From assembly GCF_000237865.1 (NCBI RefSeq), contig NC_017459.1, positions 2,910,001 through 2,942,000 of the forward strand: 32,000 bases of DNA, given 5' to 3'. Origin of the DNA: Haloquadratum walsbyi C23 (GTDB taxonomy: Archaea > Halobacteriota > Halobacteria > Halobacteriales > Haloferacaceae). Of the stretch, positions 1-10,135 are shown in pieces. Below the pieces are notes generated by a model. The model ran no database searches. It had not been told where the DNA came from and worked only from the letters and a program-made list of their open reading frames with translations. Position 1 is the first letter of the stretch, and each line of letters begins with the position of its first letter. The translations under genes and the position numbers were made by a program.

Positions 1-2565
1 ATGGAAGAAAAACTCTCGCGGTGTCAATCCACCACGATAACTGTTTTCAACAAATCCATGCGCTTCTGCTGAGAGATCATCAGGCTGATAATGGCTGAGT
101 GTTCGACCTTCATATCCACGATTGATTCGCTCGCCACGAACCGCCTGCTGACCAACACACCCAGCCATCTGTGTGAGGTTCAACATCGACCCACGAGCGC
201 CAGATCGTGCCATCACGACAGCGGGATTGTCATCTTCAAAGTGATCCTCAGCGATTTCACCAGCAGAATCACGTGCCTTTCCAAGTTGCTGCATAATCTT
301 CATTTCGAGCGTTTCATCAACCGTCCGTCCTGGGAGCGACTCGAGCTCACCATCTTCGTACACATCAATGAATTCATTGACTTGGTCATACGCACCTTCA
401 ATCGCCTCATCAACCTGCTCATTTGCGGCTGGTGGAATCGATTCATCATCAATGCCAATCGAGAAGCCAAAGTGCATGATTGCCCGCATTGCTAATGAGG
501 CAACCTCATTGACAAACACACGAGCCCGCGTCTTCGAGTGAACTTTCGCAAGTGTATCCACAACCTCACCACCGAAAGCGCCAACAGCGTTTTCATCAAT
601 TGTGCCAGCGATAAGTTCACCATCAACAATCTCAACGGTATCACCTGCAGCAGAGGTGAACTCAAGATTCAGGTTATCCGGAAGTAGTTCACTGAACAGC
701 TGTCGACCACTCCAATATGGGCTTCCATCTTCGGTTTGACCTGCAGCCGGTGGAAGGTTATCAATGCTTGTTGCTCGGAGAAGATCAAGCGCTTGGGTTT
801 CACTAAATTGTGGGTTTCCGTTCGTGAGAAGATATGTTCCTGAAATATGATCCTGAATTGCTCCAATGATATTTTCACCGAATCGAGGGCTCAGGAGTTG
901 TTCTTGCACACGCATCAATACCCGTGCCTCCGCACGCGACTCTTCAGTCTGCAATGCGTGCATATTCATCTCATCGCCATCGAAATCAGCATTATATGGC
1001 GGACACACAACCGTATTGAGTCGGAATGTCTTATATGGCATGACAACAACTTCATGTGCCATAATCGACATCCGATGGAGTGATGGCTGCCGATTGAAGA
1101 TTACAATATCCCCATCAATGAGATGTCGGTTTACCTCCCAGCCAGCATCGATCTTTTCTGCAAGCTCTTCACAATTTTTCTCCGTGACTTTGAGTCGTCG
1201 TCCATCCGGTCGCTTGACATAATTTGCACCAGGATGTCCCTCCGGACCGTTTCGAACGTACTGTTGTGCACGATCAACATTCCGCGCTGTGACATTCATC
1301 GTTTGTGTCATTTCACGAGCAACACGCTCTGGGACACCGACCTCATTAAGTGAGAGTGTTGGATCCGGTGAAATAACTGTTCGCGCTGAGAAGTTCACTC
1401 GCTTTCCTGAGAGTGAGCCACGGAATCGACCTTCCTTTCCTTTCAGCCGCTGACTGAGTGTCTTGAGTGGTCGACCAGACCGATGTCGGGCAGGCGGTGT
1501 TCCCGAGATTTCATTATCGATGAACGTTGTCACATGGTACTGAAGCAGCTCCCACAGATCCTCAATAATAAGCTGTGGAGCACCTGCCTCACGATTTTCC
1601 ATAAATCGCTGATTGATCCTGATAATATCAACAAGTTTGTGTGTTAAGTCATCTTCAGACCGCTGTCCATTGTCGAGTGTGATCGACGGTCGAGCTGTCA
1701 CCGGTGGAACCGGAAGGACAGTCATGACCATCCATTCCGGACGAGCTCGGCTTGGATCGATACCGAGCGTTCTGATATCTTCATCTGGGATACTCTCAAA
1801 CCAATCCCGAATGTCAGAGGCCATGAGCTTGTTCATATCCTCTTCTGTCAGGTCAATATCGAGTGCACTCTCGAGTTCCTTGCGATCTTCTCCAACCGGA
1901 CGGAATTCCCCAGAGAGGATATTATTGATGCGCTCGACATTGATCCCTGTAGCGTCGGCCAGCGAATTCGGTGAGAGACCGCTGTCGCTATCATCGTCAG
2001 GATCCGGCTGCATCGCTGAAGCAATCTTTTCTGGATAATCTCCCGCAAGAACGTCCTGAACTTCATAGTATGTGGTTGGCTTTTCGTGTTTAATATCGTG
2101 TTGCGTCTCACCGCAACTTGGACAGACATTTGTCTTTCGTGCCTGTCGAACGGCTGATTTAAGCACATCTGTCCAATCCTCACCAAGCTCTTCATTTCGC
2201 TGGAGTCCTTCCCGAAACTCCTCGCGTTCGTTTTCGGTGAGCGCAAGATGCCCACAGCTACGACATGTTGAGCGAAGCAATCGGCGAATAAGCTTCGTAA
2301 ATCCAACATGAATGACTGGAGCAGCTAGTTCGATATGTCCGAAATGACCATTGCAGGATCCTGAGTGCGACCCACAGGTCTTACACTCAAGTCCAGGATC
2401 AATGACACCAAGTCGAGGGTCCATTAATCCCATATCAATCGGGTAGCCGTCGTCATCGTAGGTGTCTGCAGTAATCACCTTTGTCGCGGACATGTCGCGA
2501 TACGTTTCTGGGTCCATCAATCCGAACTGAATAGCGCCGATTTCTTTTGGAGTTTGCGTTGACAT
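1..2565 (-). CDS. rpoA1: DNA-directed RNA polymerase subunit A' (first ~855 codons; 3' end runs off the left window edge)
   Basis: Absent from the ORF track because it is open at the window edge. My reverse translation from CAT at 2563-2565 gives MSTQTPKEIGAIQFGLMDPETYRDMSATKVI..., a Zn motif CKTCGSHSGSCNGHFGH, the catalytic NADFDGDEMNMH (about 960-995), and ...GLTPREFFFH at base 1. The frame is continuous to position 1. Confidence 0.95.
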   Translation of the reverse strand, partial: MSTQTPKEIGAIQFGLMDPETYRDMSATKVITADTYDDDGYPIDMGLMDPRLGVIDPGLECKTCGSHSGSCNGHFGHIELAAPVIHVGFTKLIRRLLRSTCRSCGHLALTENEREEFREGLQRNEELGEDWTDVLKSAVRQARKTNVCPSCGETQHDIKHEKPTTYYEVQDVLAGDYPEKIASAMQPDPDDDSDSGLSPNSLADATGINVERINNILSGEFRPVGEDRKELESALDIDLTEEDMNKLMASDIRDWFESIPDEDIRTLGIDPSRARPEWMVMTVLPVPPVTARPSITLDNGQRSEDDLTHKLVDIIRINQRFMENREAGAPQLIIEDLWELLQYHVTTFIDNEISGTPPARHRSGRPLKTLSQRLKGKEGRFRGSLSGKRVNFSARTVISPDPTLSLNEVGVPERVAREMTQTMNVTARNVDRAQQYVRNGPEGHPGANYVKRPDGRRLKVTEKNCEELAEKIDAGWEVNRHLIDGDIVIFNRQPSLHRMSIMAHEVVVMPYKTFRLNTVVCPPYNADFDGDEMNMHALQTEESRAEARVLMRVQEQLLSPRFGENIIGAIQDHISGTYLLTNGNPQFSETQALDLLRATSIDNLPPAAGQTEDGSPYWSGRQLFSELLPDNLNLEFTSAAGDTVEIVDGELIAGTIDENAVGAFGGEVVDTLAKVHSKTRARVFVNEVASLAMRAIMHFGFSIGIDDESIPPAANEQVDEAIEGAYDQVNEFIDVYEDGELESLPGRTVDETLEMKIMQQLGKARDSAGEIAEDHFEDDNPAVVMARSGARGSMLNLTQMAGCVGQQAVRGERINRGYEGRTLSHYQPDDLSAEAHGFVENSYRGGLTPREFFFH

Positions 2566-2579
2566 GATATATGTTGAAT

Positions 2580-2615
2580 GTGTTCGTGTTTGCGTTTGTG
2601 TTCGTGTTTGCGTTC
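2580..2615. repeat. Tandem duplication, 2 x 18 nt (gtgttcgtgtttgcgttt / gtgttcgtgtttgcgttc), in the rpoB1-rpoA1 spacer
   Basis: Read directly from the sequence; 17/18 identity between adjacent units. It lies in the 112-nt gap between the rpoB1 stop (2678) and the rpoA1 start (2565). Confidence 0.8.
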
Positions 2616-2677
2616 GTATATTATTGAGTCGGAAACTCGTTCGTTACGGTAGACGGTGTTTTGATTTGGATACGGTA

Positions 2678-4513
2678 TTATACTGCATCTTGGAGATCAA
2701 GTCGCGGTCTGATGCCAAGAGCAATCATTTCATCTAAGAGTAGTTTGAATGCATAGCTAATCTCAATTTCATGAATATCATCTTCATCGCCTGTAACAGG
2801 ATCGTATATCCGTCGTTGACCACGGTCCTCAACGGCAACCATTCCGGTATCCGCGGATACATAGACCTCTTCTTTATCTGATGAATCGAGAAGACGTTCC
2901 TGCAATACCATTGCTGCCCCATGACCAATCACTGTGTCACGTTCCATTTCACCAAGCCGAAGTCCACCTTCGCGAGCACGTCCTTCAGTTGGCTGGCGGG
3001 TAAGCACTTGTACTGGACCACGCGATCGCGCATGGAGCTTGTTACTTACCATATGATACAGCTTATGATAGAAGATTGTCCCAACGAAAATCTCCGCATC
3101 GATCTTCTCACCGGTAATGCCGGAATACATGACCTCTTTTCCGGAGGAATTAAATCCGTATTCCTCAAGTCCCTCTCGGAGGTCTTCTTCATCTTCTCCC
3201 TGGAAGGCTGTTCCATCGACACGACGTCCTTGAAGCGATCCGACCTTTCCGCCAAGCATCTCAAGAACGTGCCCAACTGTCATTCGCGAAGGGAGCGCAT
3301 GTGGATTGAGGACGAGATCGGGAACAACGCCCTCTTCGGTGAACGGCATGTCCTCTTGTGGTGCAAGATGACCGACAACGCCCTTTTGTCCATGTCGTGA
3401 TGCAAACTTATCACCTAACTCAGGAACGCGCTGATCGCGGACTGATACTTTTGCAAGTTTGGACCCATCTTCGCCTTCCATCAGTGTGACCGTGTCAACA
3501 ACACCAGACTCACCAGAGCGCATCGTGACTGATGTCTCGCGTCGTTTTTGCGGAGAGAGTCCGCCCATGTCGTCGGGCTCTTCAAGAAACCGAGGTGGAG
3601 ATGTCTTACCGAGAAGCACTGAGTTTTCATCAACACGCGTTTCAGGATTAACCAATCCATCCTCATCGAGGTGTGTATATGCATTCTCGCCGCGTGCGCC
3701 ACGAACATCTTGGCTTGGAATCTCAAATCGGTCTTCTTGTCCACCAGGGTACCGTCGCTCCTCACCCTCATATGTTCTGAAGAAGTGCGAACGAGCCATC
3801 GCGCGGTCGACAGAACCTTGATTCATTACAAGCGCATCCTCAATATTGAATCCTTCATATGACATGACCGCAACCACGAAGTTCTGTGCTGCTGGTCGTT
3901 CGTCAAAGCCAATTTGTTCTGTTGTCTGGGTCTTCACCATTGACAACTGCGGATAATGTAAGAGATGCTGTCGTGTATCAGGGCGGATGCGGTAATTCGC
4001 AGCCGGGAGTCCGAGCGATTGTTTCATCATCCCTGCACCCATCGTAATCCGCGGCGAAGCATTGTGCTCGGGATATGGAATCATTCCAGCACCAATGCCG
4101 AAGATGAGCTGTGGGTCAATCTCAAGATGCGTGTGTGCTTCCTCTAATTCATTTTCATCAACGGCAACGTAGATGTCTTCTTCCTCCTCAGCGTCGATAA
4201 ATTCAATATATCCGCGATTAACGAGATCTTCAAAGCTCAGATCGCCGCTTTTGACCGCATCGATCTCGTTATCGCCGAGACGCGGATTGCCATCTTCAAC
4301 AACAATCAGTGGTCGTCGTGCACGACCAGCATCTGCGTTTATAATGACCTCGCGAGTCCGCTCTTTCACTGAGACATTGACCATGTCGCTAACTTCACCA
4401 CGACGACGTGCTTCGCGAATATTGTCTGCAAGTGTCTCAGGACTTTCATGCGTTCCGACAAGACTACCGTTGACGTATACTTTTGCTTCTCGTTGTTTTG
4501 GGGTCTGAGCCAT
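2678..4513 (-). CDS. rpoB1: DNA-directed RNA polymerase subunit B'
   Basis: 611-aa ORF. Carries the conserved beta-subunit C-terminal-half motifs [15 protein letters not shown] and [13 protein letters not shown]-terminus is [22 protein letters not shown]. Confidence 0.97.
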   Translation of the reverse strand: MAQTPKQREAKVYVNGSLVGTHESPETLADNIREARRRGEVSDMVNVSVKERTREVIINADAGRARRPLIVVEDGNPRLGDNEIDAVKSGDLSFEDLVNRGYIEFIDAEEEEDIYVAVDENELEEAHTHLEIDPQLIFGIGAGMIPYPEHNASPRITMGAGMMKQSLGLPAANYRIRPDTRQHLLHYPQLSMVKTQTTEQIGFDERPAAQNFVVAVMSYEGFNIEDALVMNQGSVDRAMARSHFFRTYEGEERRYPGGQEDRFEIPSQDVRGARGENAYTHLDEDGLVNPETRVDENSVLLGKTSPPRFLEEPDDMGGLSPQKRRETSVTMRSGESGVVDTVTLMEGEDGSKLAKVSVRDQRVPELGDKFASRHGQKGVVGHLAPQEDMPFTEEGVVPDLVLNPHALPSRMTVGHVLEMLGGKVGSLQGRRVDGTAFQGEDEEDLREGLEEYGFNSSGKEVMYSGITGEKIDAEIFVGTIFYHKLYHMVSNKLHARSRGPVQVLTRQPTEGRAREGGLRLGEMERDTVIGHGAAMVLQERLLDSSDKEEVYVSADTGMVAVEDRGQRRIYDPVTGDEDDIHEIEISYAFKLLLDEMIALGIRPRLDLQDAV

Positions 4514-4744
4514 GAGTTATGATATTGTTGGATTTAGTTGTGGTATGTTTATTTTGAACGATACTTCGAGTGGACTGGGCTAGATGAGGCTGGATTAAAT
4601 GATATCAACAGCAACTTAGGGACCTATACATGGTTGAGAGTAGATTTAATCTTGGTTTTGAGTTTTCAATCGCGTGCACGGGTGCAAGTGTCCTGCGTAT
4701 TCATATATTATATGAAATTGAGATTGCTTCACGTCACGGATTCA

Positions 4745-6322
4745 TTAATCATCCGCTGGACTCCGCGTATCCGTGTCATCGGTACTCGTGCTTGTATGGA
4801 AGATATCAACGCCCATTGAGGAAAGCTCTCGTTTCAGTGATTGCTCATCCTCAACATTCTGTGAGAGTTCCATCGCTTGTGCAAAGTTCTTCACGAGTCC
4901 ACAGTTCGGTCCCTCAGGTGTTTCTGATGGACAAATGCGTCCCCACTGGGTGGCATGTAGATCACGTGCCTCAAAGTGGGGTTGACTTCGGGAAAGTGGA
5001 CTTCGAAGTCGGCGGAGATGTGATAACACACCCATATAATCTGTCCGATCAACAAGCTGTGAAACACCAGACCGTCCGCCAACCCAGTTACCAGTTGCAA
5101 TCGGATGTTCAAGCCGTTCAGTAAGAACATCTGATCGAACAACTGTACTAACCGTGAGCTGACGGTTTCGCATGTTTGCTCGCTCCAGCTGATACTTCAC
5201 GTCACGAGCAAGCTTGTTCAATGCTGTCCGGAATAGATCTTTCATGAGGTCACCAGAAACCTTCAGTCGTTTATTCGCATAGTGATCTTTATCATCTGAT
5301 TCACGACGGTCAAGTGCAAGTTCAAAACACGCCTCAGCCATTCGGCAAAGATAATATGCTTTGTTTATTCGGACAGCTTCTTCTTCAATGCCGTCTTCAT
5401 GAAGATGTGGGAGGAGATAGCGATCAATGACGTAATTCGCTCGCTTTAATTGGTAGTTTTTACCTTGTCCACTTGCAACGCGTTTTCCAAGTGTTTCAAT
5501 CGCCTCTTCCTCAGTTTGAACTGATGCCTCTTCGAGATTTTCCAGCATAAATTTCACAATCTCAGGATCATCAGAAACACGATGGACAATCTCCTCATCA
5601 GATTCAAGCCCAAGCGCACGGACAAGCGTCACAAACTCAACGCTGCCGGAAACGGATGGGAATGAGACCTCAAGTAATCCTTCGCGATTTCGCTCACATA
5701 GGACAAGCGCGCGGTATCCACGCCGCTGTGAGAACGTCTTTGCAACCTGGATTTCATCTCCATATTTGCTATCATACTCTGCAAGGATCTTATTTGGTGC
5801 GAGATCCTCAGAAGTCATCAATACACGTTCAGACCCATTGACAATGAAGTAACCACCCGGATCAACAGGGTCCTCACCGATATCAATGAGTTCCTCATCA
5901 GTCAGCCCAGCGATGTTGCATTTTGTTGACCCGACCATGATCGGCATCCGACCGACCTTCGTTTCGGTAGTGTCAACAACGACTTCTTGTTCTTCTTCGC
6001 CGCCACGGACAATTGACATTTCCATGAAGACCGGTGCGGCATAGGTAATATTCCGAAGTCGTGCTTCTTGTGGGAAGAGCAGTTCTTCGGACCCATCAGC
6101 CTCGCGGACGCGAGGCGTTTCAATCCGAACATCACCAAGTTCGACGAAAACTGGTTCTTCTCCTTCCTTATCACCGATATCGGTCTCAATGCGTTCTTTC
6201 TCGGTGACAACATCCTGCATTCCTCGTTCAAGGAAGTTATTGAACGAACGGAAGTGGTGTTCAGCAAGTCGATCCTCTGAAAAGTACTCTCGTGAGACAG
6301 TTCGGCGGTCTTCTCGATTCAT
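4745..6322 (-). CDS. rpoB2: DNA-directed RNA polymerase subunit B''
   Basis: 525-aa ORF with [17 protein letters not shown] and [20 protein letters not shown]. The split B''/B' arrangement is typical of haloarchaea and methanogens. ATGA overlap with the rpoH stop. Confidence 0.97.
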   Translation of the reverse strand: MNREDRRTVSREYFSEDRLAEHHFRSFNNFLERGMQDVVTEKERIETDIGDKEGEEPVFVELGDVRIETPRVREADGSEELLFPQEARLRNITYAAPVFMEMSIVRGGEEEQEVVVDTTETKVGRMPIMVGSTKCNIAGLTDEELIDIGEDPVDPGGYFIVNGSERVLMTSEDLAPNKILAEYDSKYGDEIQVAKTFSQRRGYRALVLCERNREGLLEVSFPSVSGSVEFVTLVRALGLESDEEIVHRVSDDPEIVKFMLENLEEASVQTEEEAIETLGKRVASGQGKNYQLKRANYVIDRYLLPHLHEDGIEEEAVRINKAYYLCRMAEACFELALDRRESDDKDHYANKRLKVSGDLMKDLFRTALNKLARDVKYQLERANMRNRQLTVSTVVRSDVLTERLEHPIATGNWVGGRSGVSQLVDRTDYMGVLSHLRRLRSPLSRSQPHFEARDLHATQWGRICPSETPEGPNCGLVKNFAQAMELSQNVEDEQSLKRELSSMGVDIFHTSTSTDDTDTRSPADD

Positions 6323-6546
6323 TCAATCACCAATCGGTATGAAACGGCTCGGTCGGTTGTTCGTGAGTCGCGTACGATCTTGACAACATCGCCTGGTTCT
6401 GCATTATCTGGCAGTGCTGGGTCGCGGCGCTGTATCTTTGGAAGATCAGCACGGCGAATATCGTACTCTGTTAATATCGCCTCGATATCGTCTTCATCAA
6501 CGAGTGTGTGTTCTGGAACGAGTGTATGTTGATTTACATCTACCAT
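6319..6546 (-). CDS. rpoH: DNA-directed RNA polymerase subunit H
   Basis: 75-aa ORF ([24 protein letters not shown]...[11 protein letters not shown]) heading the rpoH-B''-B'-A' order. Its stop overlaps the rpoB2 start by 4 nt. Confidence 0.93.
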   Translation of the reverse strand: MVDVNQHTLVPEHTLVDEDDIEAILTEYDIRRADLPKIQRRDPALPDNAEPGDVVKIVRDSRTTDRAVSYRLVIE

Positions 6547-6774
6547 AGCTGAGTGGATTAATGAGTGTCACGTGGGGAAAGAAACTATCACGGGATACTA
6601 CAGACTGATTCGGCAGGCATCCATTTAACCTTTGTTACCCTCGGTGATGGTTGCACTGCTCATCACAACGGACATGATTGAAAACCCGTGTTATTGTGTA
6701 TAATCACTGAGTCATTAATATATGTTTGTATTATGCTATCTTCGTCAAATGTTGGCGTTATACTAAGCAGGCGA

Positions 6775-7836
6775 CTAAGACTCCTCATCCGTGGACTGAA
6801 CTGAGTGCTCAGACTGGGCTAGTGTCCCCGAGGGATCCGGATCCGGTTCAGTAACGGTCTCAATAAGCGCTGCTGGGTCAGTGTCAATTCCCTGTCGAGA
6901 AAAGAATGTGGCAACGTTTTTGCAGTCGCGGCGAAGGAACATCTCAGCGTTTGGATGATGAACTGTCACTGCTTGACCAAGATCAATGACAACAAGTTCA
7001 CCATTGTGGATAATCATATTATATTCAGAAAGATCCCCGTGAATAAGCCCAGCACTGTAGAGTCGCTGCATATATTCCTGAACGACTTCATATGCGGTCT
7101 GTGGGTTTTCGATGTCTACCTCGGCGAGCCGGCGAGCACGCTCTTCAACGAGTCCAACAAGTTCCATGACAAGAACATTCCGCTCCACAGCAATTGGCTC
7201 AGGAACACGAACACCTGCCCGCATCGCCCGCCGGAGGTTAGCGAACTCTTTTTGAGTCCATGCAAGCACGATTGCTTTTTTATCCTGCCCGAGTCCGTCG
7301 AATCTGGGATCACCCTCAAGATAACTCCGCATTTGTTGAAAGTTTGATGCGTTAATCCGATATATTTTGACAGCAACATCAGCAGTGTCCGTTCCACGTG
7401 CCTCATAGACGTTTGCTTCTTTGCCTGTTGAGATTGGTCCGCCAAAAGCAGCGATATGATCGTCTTGCACGAGTTTATAAATTGCAGCGAATGTTGCATC
7501 GTCAAATACAGACTGCTCAACTTTGAATTGGTCTGCATCGGTGAGACGTTCGCGAAAGGTGCTAAATTCGCGGTCTCGACGGCGAGCAATACGGTCTGCC
7601 TCCGTATCGCTAACGTCAATTTCTGCCCATTCATTACCAGGAGTATCAACCACATCAGGGGCTACAAATCCTGAGTCTGAATCGGTCGTCTCAGCATTAA
7701 TCTTGCTCATCTCTGCATCCGTACTCTCAATATCAGCCTCAGCCTCAGCCTCATCCTCATCCTCATCTTCAGCGTTATCTATATCACTGCGATGACCACT
7801 ATTTTCATGATTATTGTCATGATCGTGGTCGGTCAC
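6775..7836 (-). CDS. rio1: RIO-type serine/threonine protein kinase with an acidic, His-rich N-terminal extension
   Basis: 353-aa ORF with the nucleotide-binding loop [11 protein letters not shown], catalytic [12 protein letters not shown] and metal-binding IDLGQAV. GTG start at 7834-7836 overlaps the aIF-1A stop (GTGA). Confidence 0.9.
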   Translation of the reverse strand: MTDHDHDNNHENSGHRSDIDNAEDEDEDEAEAEADIESTDAEMSKINAETTDSDSGFVAPDVVDTPGNEWAEIDVSDTEADRIARRRDREFSTFRERLTDADQFKVEQSVFDDATFAAIYKLVQDDHIAAFGGPISTGKEANVYEARGTDTADVAVKIYRINASNFQQMRSYLEGDPRFDGLGQDKKAIVLAWTQKEFANLRRAMRAGVRVPEPIAVERNVLVMELVGLVEERARRLAEVDIENPQTAYEVVQEYMQRLYSAGLIHGDLSEYNMIIHNGELVVIDLGQAVTVHHPNAEMFLRRDCKNVATFFSRQGIDTDPAALIETVTEPDPDPSGTLAQSEHSVQSTDEES

Positions 7837-8123
7837 CGGATACGACCCTCTTCACGAAGCTGATCCGCTTCAGATTTCTCATACCGCCATGTAATATCGC
7901 CTTTCTCATCTTGCCAGTCCCATGGTTCAACAAGCACTACGTCGTCCTCACGGATCCAGATTCGCTTTTGCATTCGACCGGGAATTCGAGCTGTCCGTTC
8001 ATTGCCGTCAGCACAGCGAACGGTAACGCGATTCGCCCCAAGCATGTTGGTGACGACGGCGAATACCTCGTCGTCGTCAGGCATTCGGAGGTCATGACTC
8101 CCCCTATTTTCGTCGTCGCTCAT
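7833..8123 (-). CDS. eif1a: Translation initiation factor aIF-1A
   Basis: 96-aa ORF with an S1/OB-fold sequence: [63 protein letters not shown]. Confidence 0.93.
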   Translation of the reverse strand: MSDDENRGSHDLRMPDDDEVFAVVTNMLGANRVTVRCADGNERTARIPGRMQKRIWIREDDVVLVEPWDWQDEKGDITWRYEKSEADQLREEGRIR

Positions 8124-8147
8124 ATCCTGTAGTTTGGTACGGCTCGG

Positions 8148-8155
8148 TTTAAACT
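8148..8155 (-). promoter_or_regulatory. TATA-like box (AGTTTAAA on the minus strand) about 28 nt upstream of the aIF-1A ATG; implies a leaderless or near-leaderless mRNA
   Basis: Position and sequence read directly from the window. Spacing matches the archaeal TATA-to-TSS distance. Confidence 0.4.
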
Positions 8156-8618
8156 ATGCGAGATTAGCAATTCCAGACAAATATCAATGTCTTGAATCGC
8201 TGTGTGAACTCGAGAATTGAGAATCAAACCACAGCAAAGTGAGACGCGATATCACAGCGGTTTTATTACTGGATGGCAAGGTCTGTTCCGCAACCAATGA
8301 GTGAAACGAACGAGTAAGGGGGGGATACGCCCAACAATCATAATATTAATATTGATTTTGTAGTCTGATATGCACTAATTGTCTCATGTAGAAACCATTC
8401 ACCACTAGAGCAGACGGCAACACCATCTGTTCTTGCCGTTTTGCTACACAATTTGGACAGGTAAGCTCAATCTCTCAAATAAATGTTTGAGAAAGAGAAC
8501 TTAGCGAGGGCTGTGAATGCCTTACAATGAATAGCTCTCTCCAAGTTGGAATACAATCAGAATTTGGAGGAACTTTCCTTGGAAGCCCCGCCTTCGGCGT
8601 TGCTGTTGTCGGGGGAGT

Positions 8619-9620
8619 TCACTTTCGCTCGTCGCGTACTTTTGCCCGACCAGGCTCAATGAGTGTATCAAGATATGCGGCAAGCGCTTCTTTTGCATCT
8701 GCAGGATGAAGATCACCAGATTCAAGATCTACTTCAAGCGAATCATATGTTTCATAACTGAGGTCTCCACCGTGCTTTTCTTGGCGCTCGATGACCACAT
8801 CGTCGAATCGCGGGAATACGTGATATTCGAACAACTGGAGCACGGGATTATATCTTGACTCGCCCTCACTAGATGGGTCAGGAGTGGCGGTAGGTGGACA
8901 GTATGCGCTTTCAATCTTTTTTGTGAGTGTCGTTGTATCGTCCTCTATCGAAATTGAAACACCAGACGAGGAGGACATTTTACCAATGCCAGTCGTCAAA
9001 TCTGCAATAAGTGGGGTATGAAGACACGCCGGAGCGTCTGCATCAATACTTGGAAGCGTATCACGAGCTAGCATGTGCACTTTCCGTTGTTCGGTTCCAC
9101 CAATCGCGAGATCAACATCCAAATACACGATATCAAGCGCTTGCATCAATGGATAGACTGCATGTGCAACTGTTGCTGTCTCATCGCCTTTGATTGCTGC
9201 CATTGCTCGATTTGAGCGTGCAAGCGAGGTTTCGGCCTCAAGAGCATGAAGATCTAAGATGTATTCTTCATCAAATTGGAATGATGATCCTAAGATAAAT
9301 TCAGTCTGATTTGAGTCGAGTCCATATGCAATAAACTGTTCACGCATCTGCGATGCAGTCTCTCGGATCTCTGCAAATGTTCCCTTCCCGTTGAGATAAG
9401 CATGAACATCCGCAAGAAGAACAATAATATCAAACCCAATTGATTGTAATTCAATAAGCTTGTTCGCTGTGAGCATATGTCCAACGTGGAGAACACCAGA
9501 TGGTTCATATCCGACGTACGCGCGCCTATTCTCTGGCGATTCCGCAAGTGCGTGTATCTCTTCGTTTGTGACCACCTCAGCGGTATTTCGTGTAATTGAC
9601 TCGTATGCGTCCGTATCCAT
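8619..9620 (-). CDS. tyrS: Tyrosine--tRNA ligase
   Basis: 333-aa ORF with the class I signature HVGH (EPSGVLHVGHMLT) and the KMSSS (KMSKS-type) motif. Confidence 0.95.
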   Translation of the reverse strand: MDTDAYESITRNTAEVVTNEEIHALAESPENRRAYVGYEPSGVLHVGHMLTANKLIELQSIGFDIIVLLADVHAYLNGKGTFAEIRETASQMREQFIAYGLDSNQTEFILGSSFQFDEEYILDLHALEAETSLARSNRAMAAIKGDETATVAHAVYPLMQALDIVYLDVDLAIGGTEQRKVHMLARDTLPSIDADAPACLHTPLIADLTTGIGKMSSSSGVSISIEDDTTTLTKKIESAYCPPTATPDPSSEGESRYNPVLQLFEYHVFPRFDDVVIERQEKHGGDLSYETYDSLEVDLESGDLHPADAKEALAAYLDTLIEPGRAKVRDERK

Positions 9621-9642
9621 ACATATTCGGTGTTGTGATATC

Positions 9643-9650
9643 GATATATG
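9643..9650 (-). promoter_or_regulatory. TATA-like box (CATATATC on the minus strand) about 26 nt upstream of the tyrS ATG
   Basis: Read directly from the sequence. The same CATATAT core lies upstream of the DUF460 gene. Confidence 0.35.
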
Positions 9651-9786
9651 CGTTCTGATGCCGATATTGATTATTAACCAGTATCACTGACGCATCTCGG
9701 GGTCGAGCATCAATGCACGTTCCCTCACATATCATTGGCACATAGTATCGTAACTCCGAATATGTTGAAGTTTAAAATGATAACTC

Positions 9787-10116
9787 ATGGCAACAACTCG
9801 GTCACCAATGGTTGTGCTTGGTGTGATGGTGTTCGCCGCATTCCTCCCACTCATTGTGCTATGGACAACCACCACTGATCTTCGATCACTTCTATACTTT
9901 AGTCTATTCGCGCTGTATTTCCTGGTTGCACATGTTATTCTCCCTGGATGGGTGTATCTTGATGCGAATGGTCGAGAAAGTGATGCAGCACTTACTTGGA
10001 CAATTATCACATTTATTCTGCCATTTATTGGATTCATATGCTACTATGTGATTGGGCAGCCAGATGCTCCACACCGAGTTGAAACAAGTGGGACAGATGC
10101 CAGCATCAAGCGCTAA
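9787..10116 (+). CDS. Small membrane protein, PLDc_N (cardiolipin-synthase N-terminal-like) type
   Basis: 109-aa ORF with two or three hydrophobic helices. The motif WTIITFILPFIGFICYYVIGQ resembles PLD-nuclease N-terminal domain proteins. TTTAAAA at 9771-9777 suggests a TSS near 9800, so the real start may be the ATG at 9808. Confidence 0.6.
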   Translation: MATTRSPMVVLGVMVFAAFLPLIVLWTTTTDLRSLLYFSLFALYFLVAHVILPGWVYLDANGRESDAALTWTIITFILPFIGFICYYVIGQPDAPHRVETSGTDASIKR

Positions 10117-10135
10117 CTTGCATTAAGATTAGGCG

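Noticed and set aside
1613-2309. 141-aa, 153-aa and other ORFs within the rpoA1 region (also 91-495, 866-1222)
   Set aside because: They lie antisense or out of frame to a continuous, motif-bearing rpoA1 reading frame. They are Ser/Arg-rich translations typical of the antisense of acidic genes.
2921-6383. Antisense or out-of-frame ORFs within rpoB1/rpoB2 (e.g. 2921-3400, 3459-3821, 4173-4508, 4630-5124, 5902-6267)
   Set aside because: All are embedded in well-supported RNA polymerase genes. None has acidic composition or a motif.
7116-7795. 179-aa (-), 130-aa (+) and 90-aa (+) ORFs overlapping the RIO kinase gene
   Set aside because: They are frame or antisense artefacts of the kinase gene. 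The 90-aa ORF is a poly-Ser/Ala translation of the antisense acidic repeat.
8441-8475. Hairpin acggcaa-N12-ttgccg followed by TTTTG (about 8425-8455) as a terminator
   Set aside because: There is no upstream plus-strand gene for it to terminate, and the stem is only 7 bp. It could belong to an unannotated small RNA, but I have no support for that.
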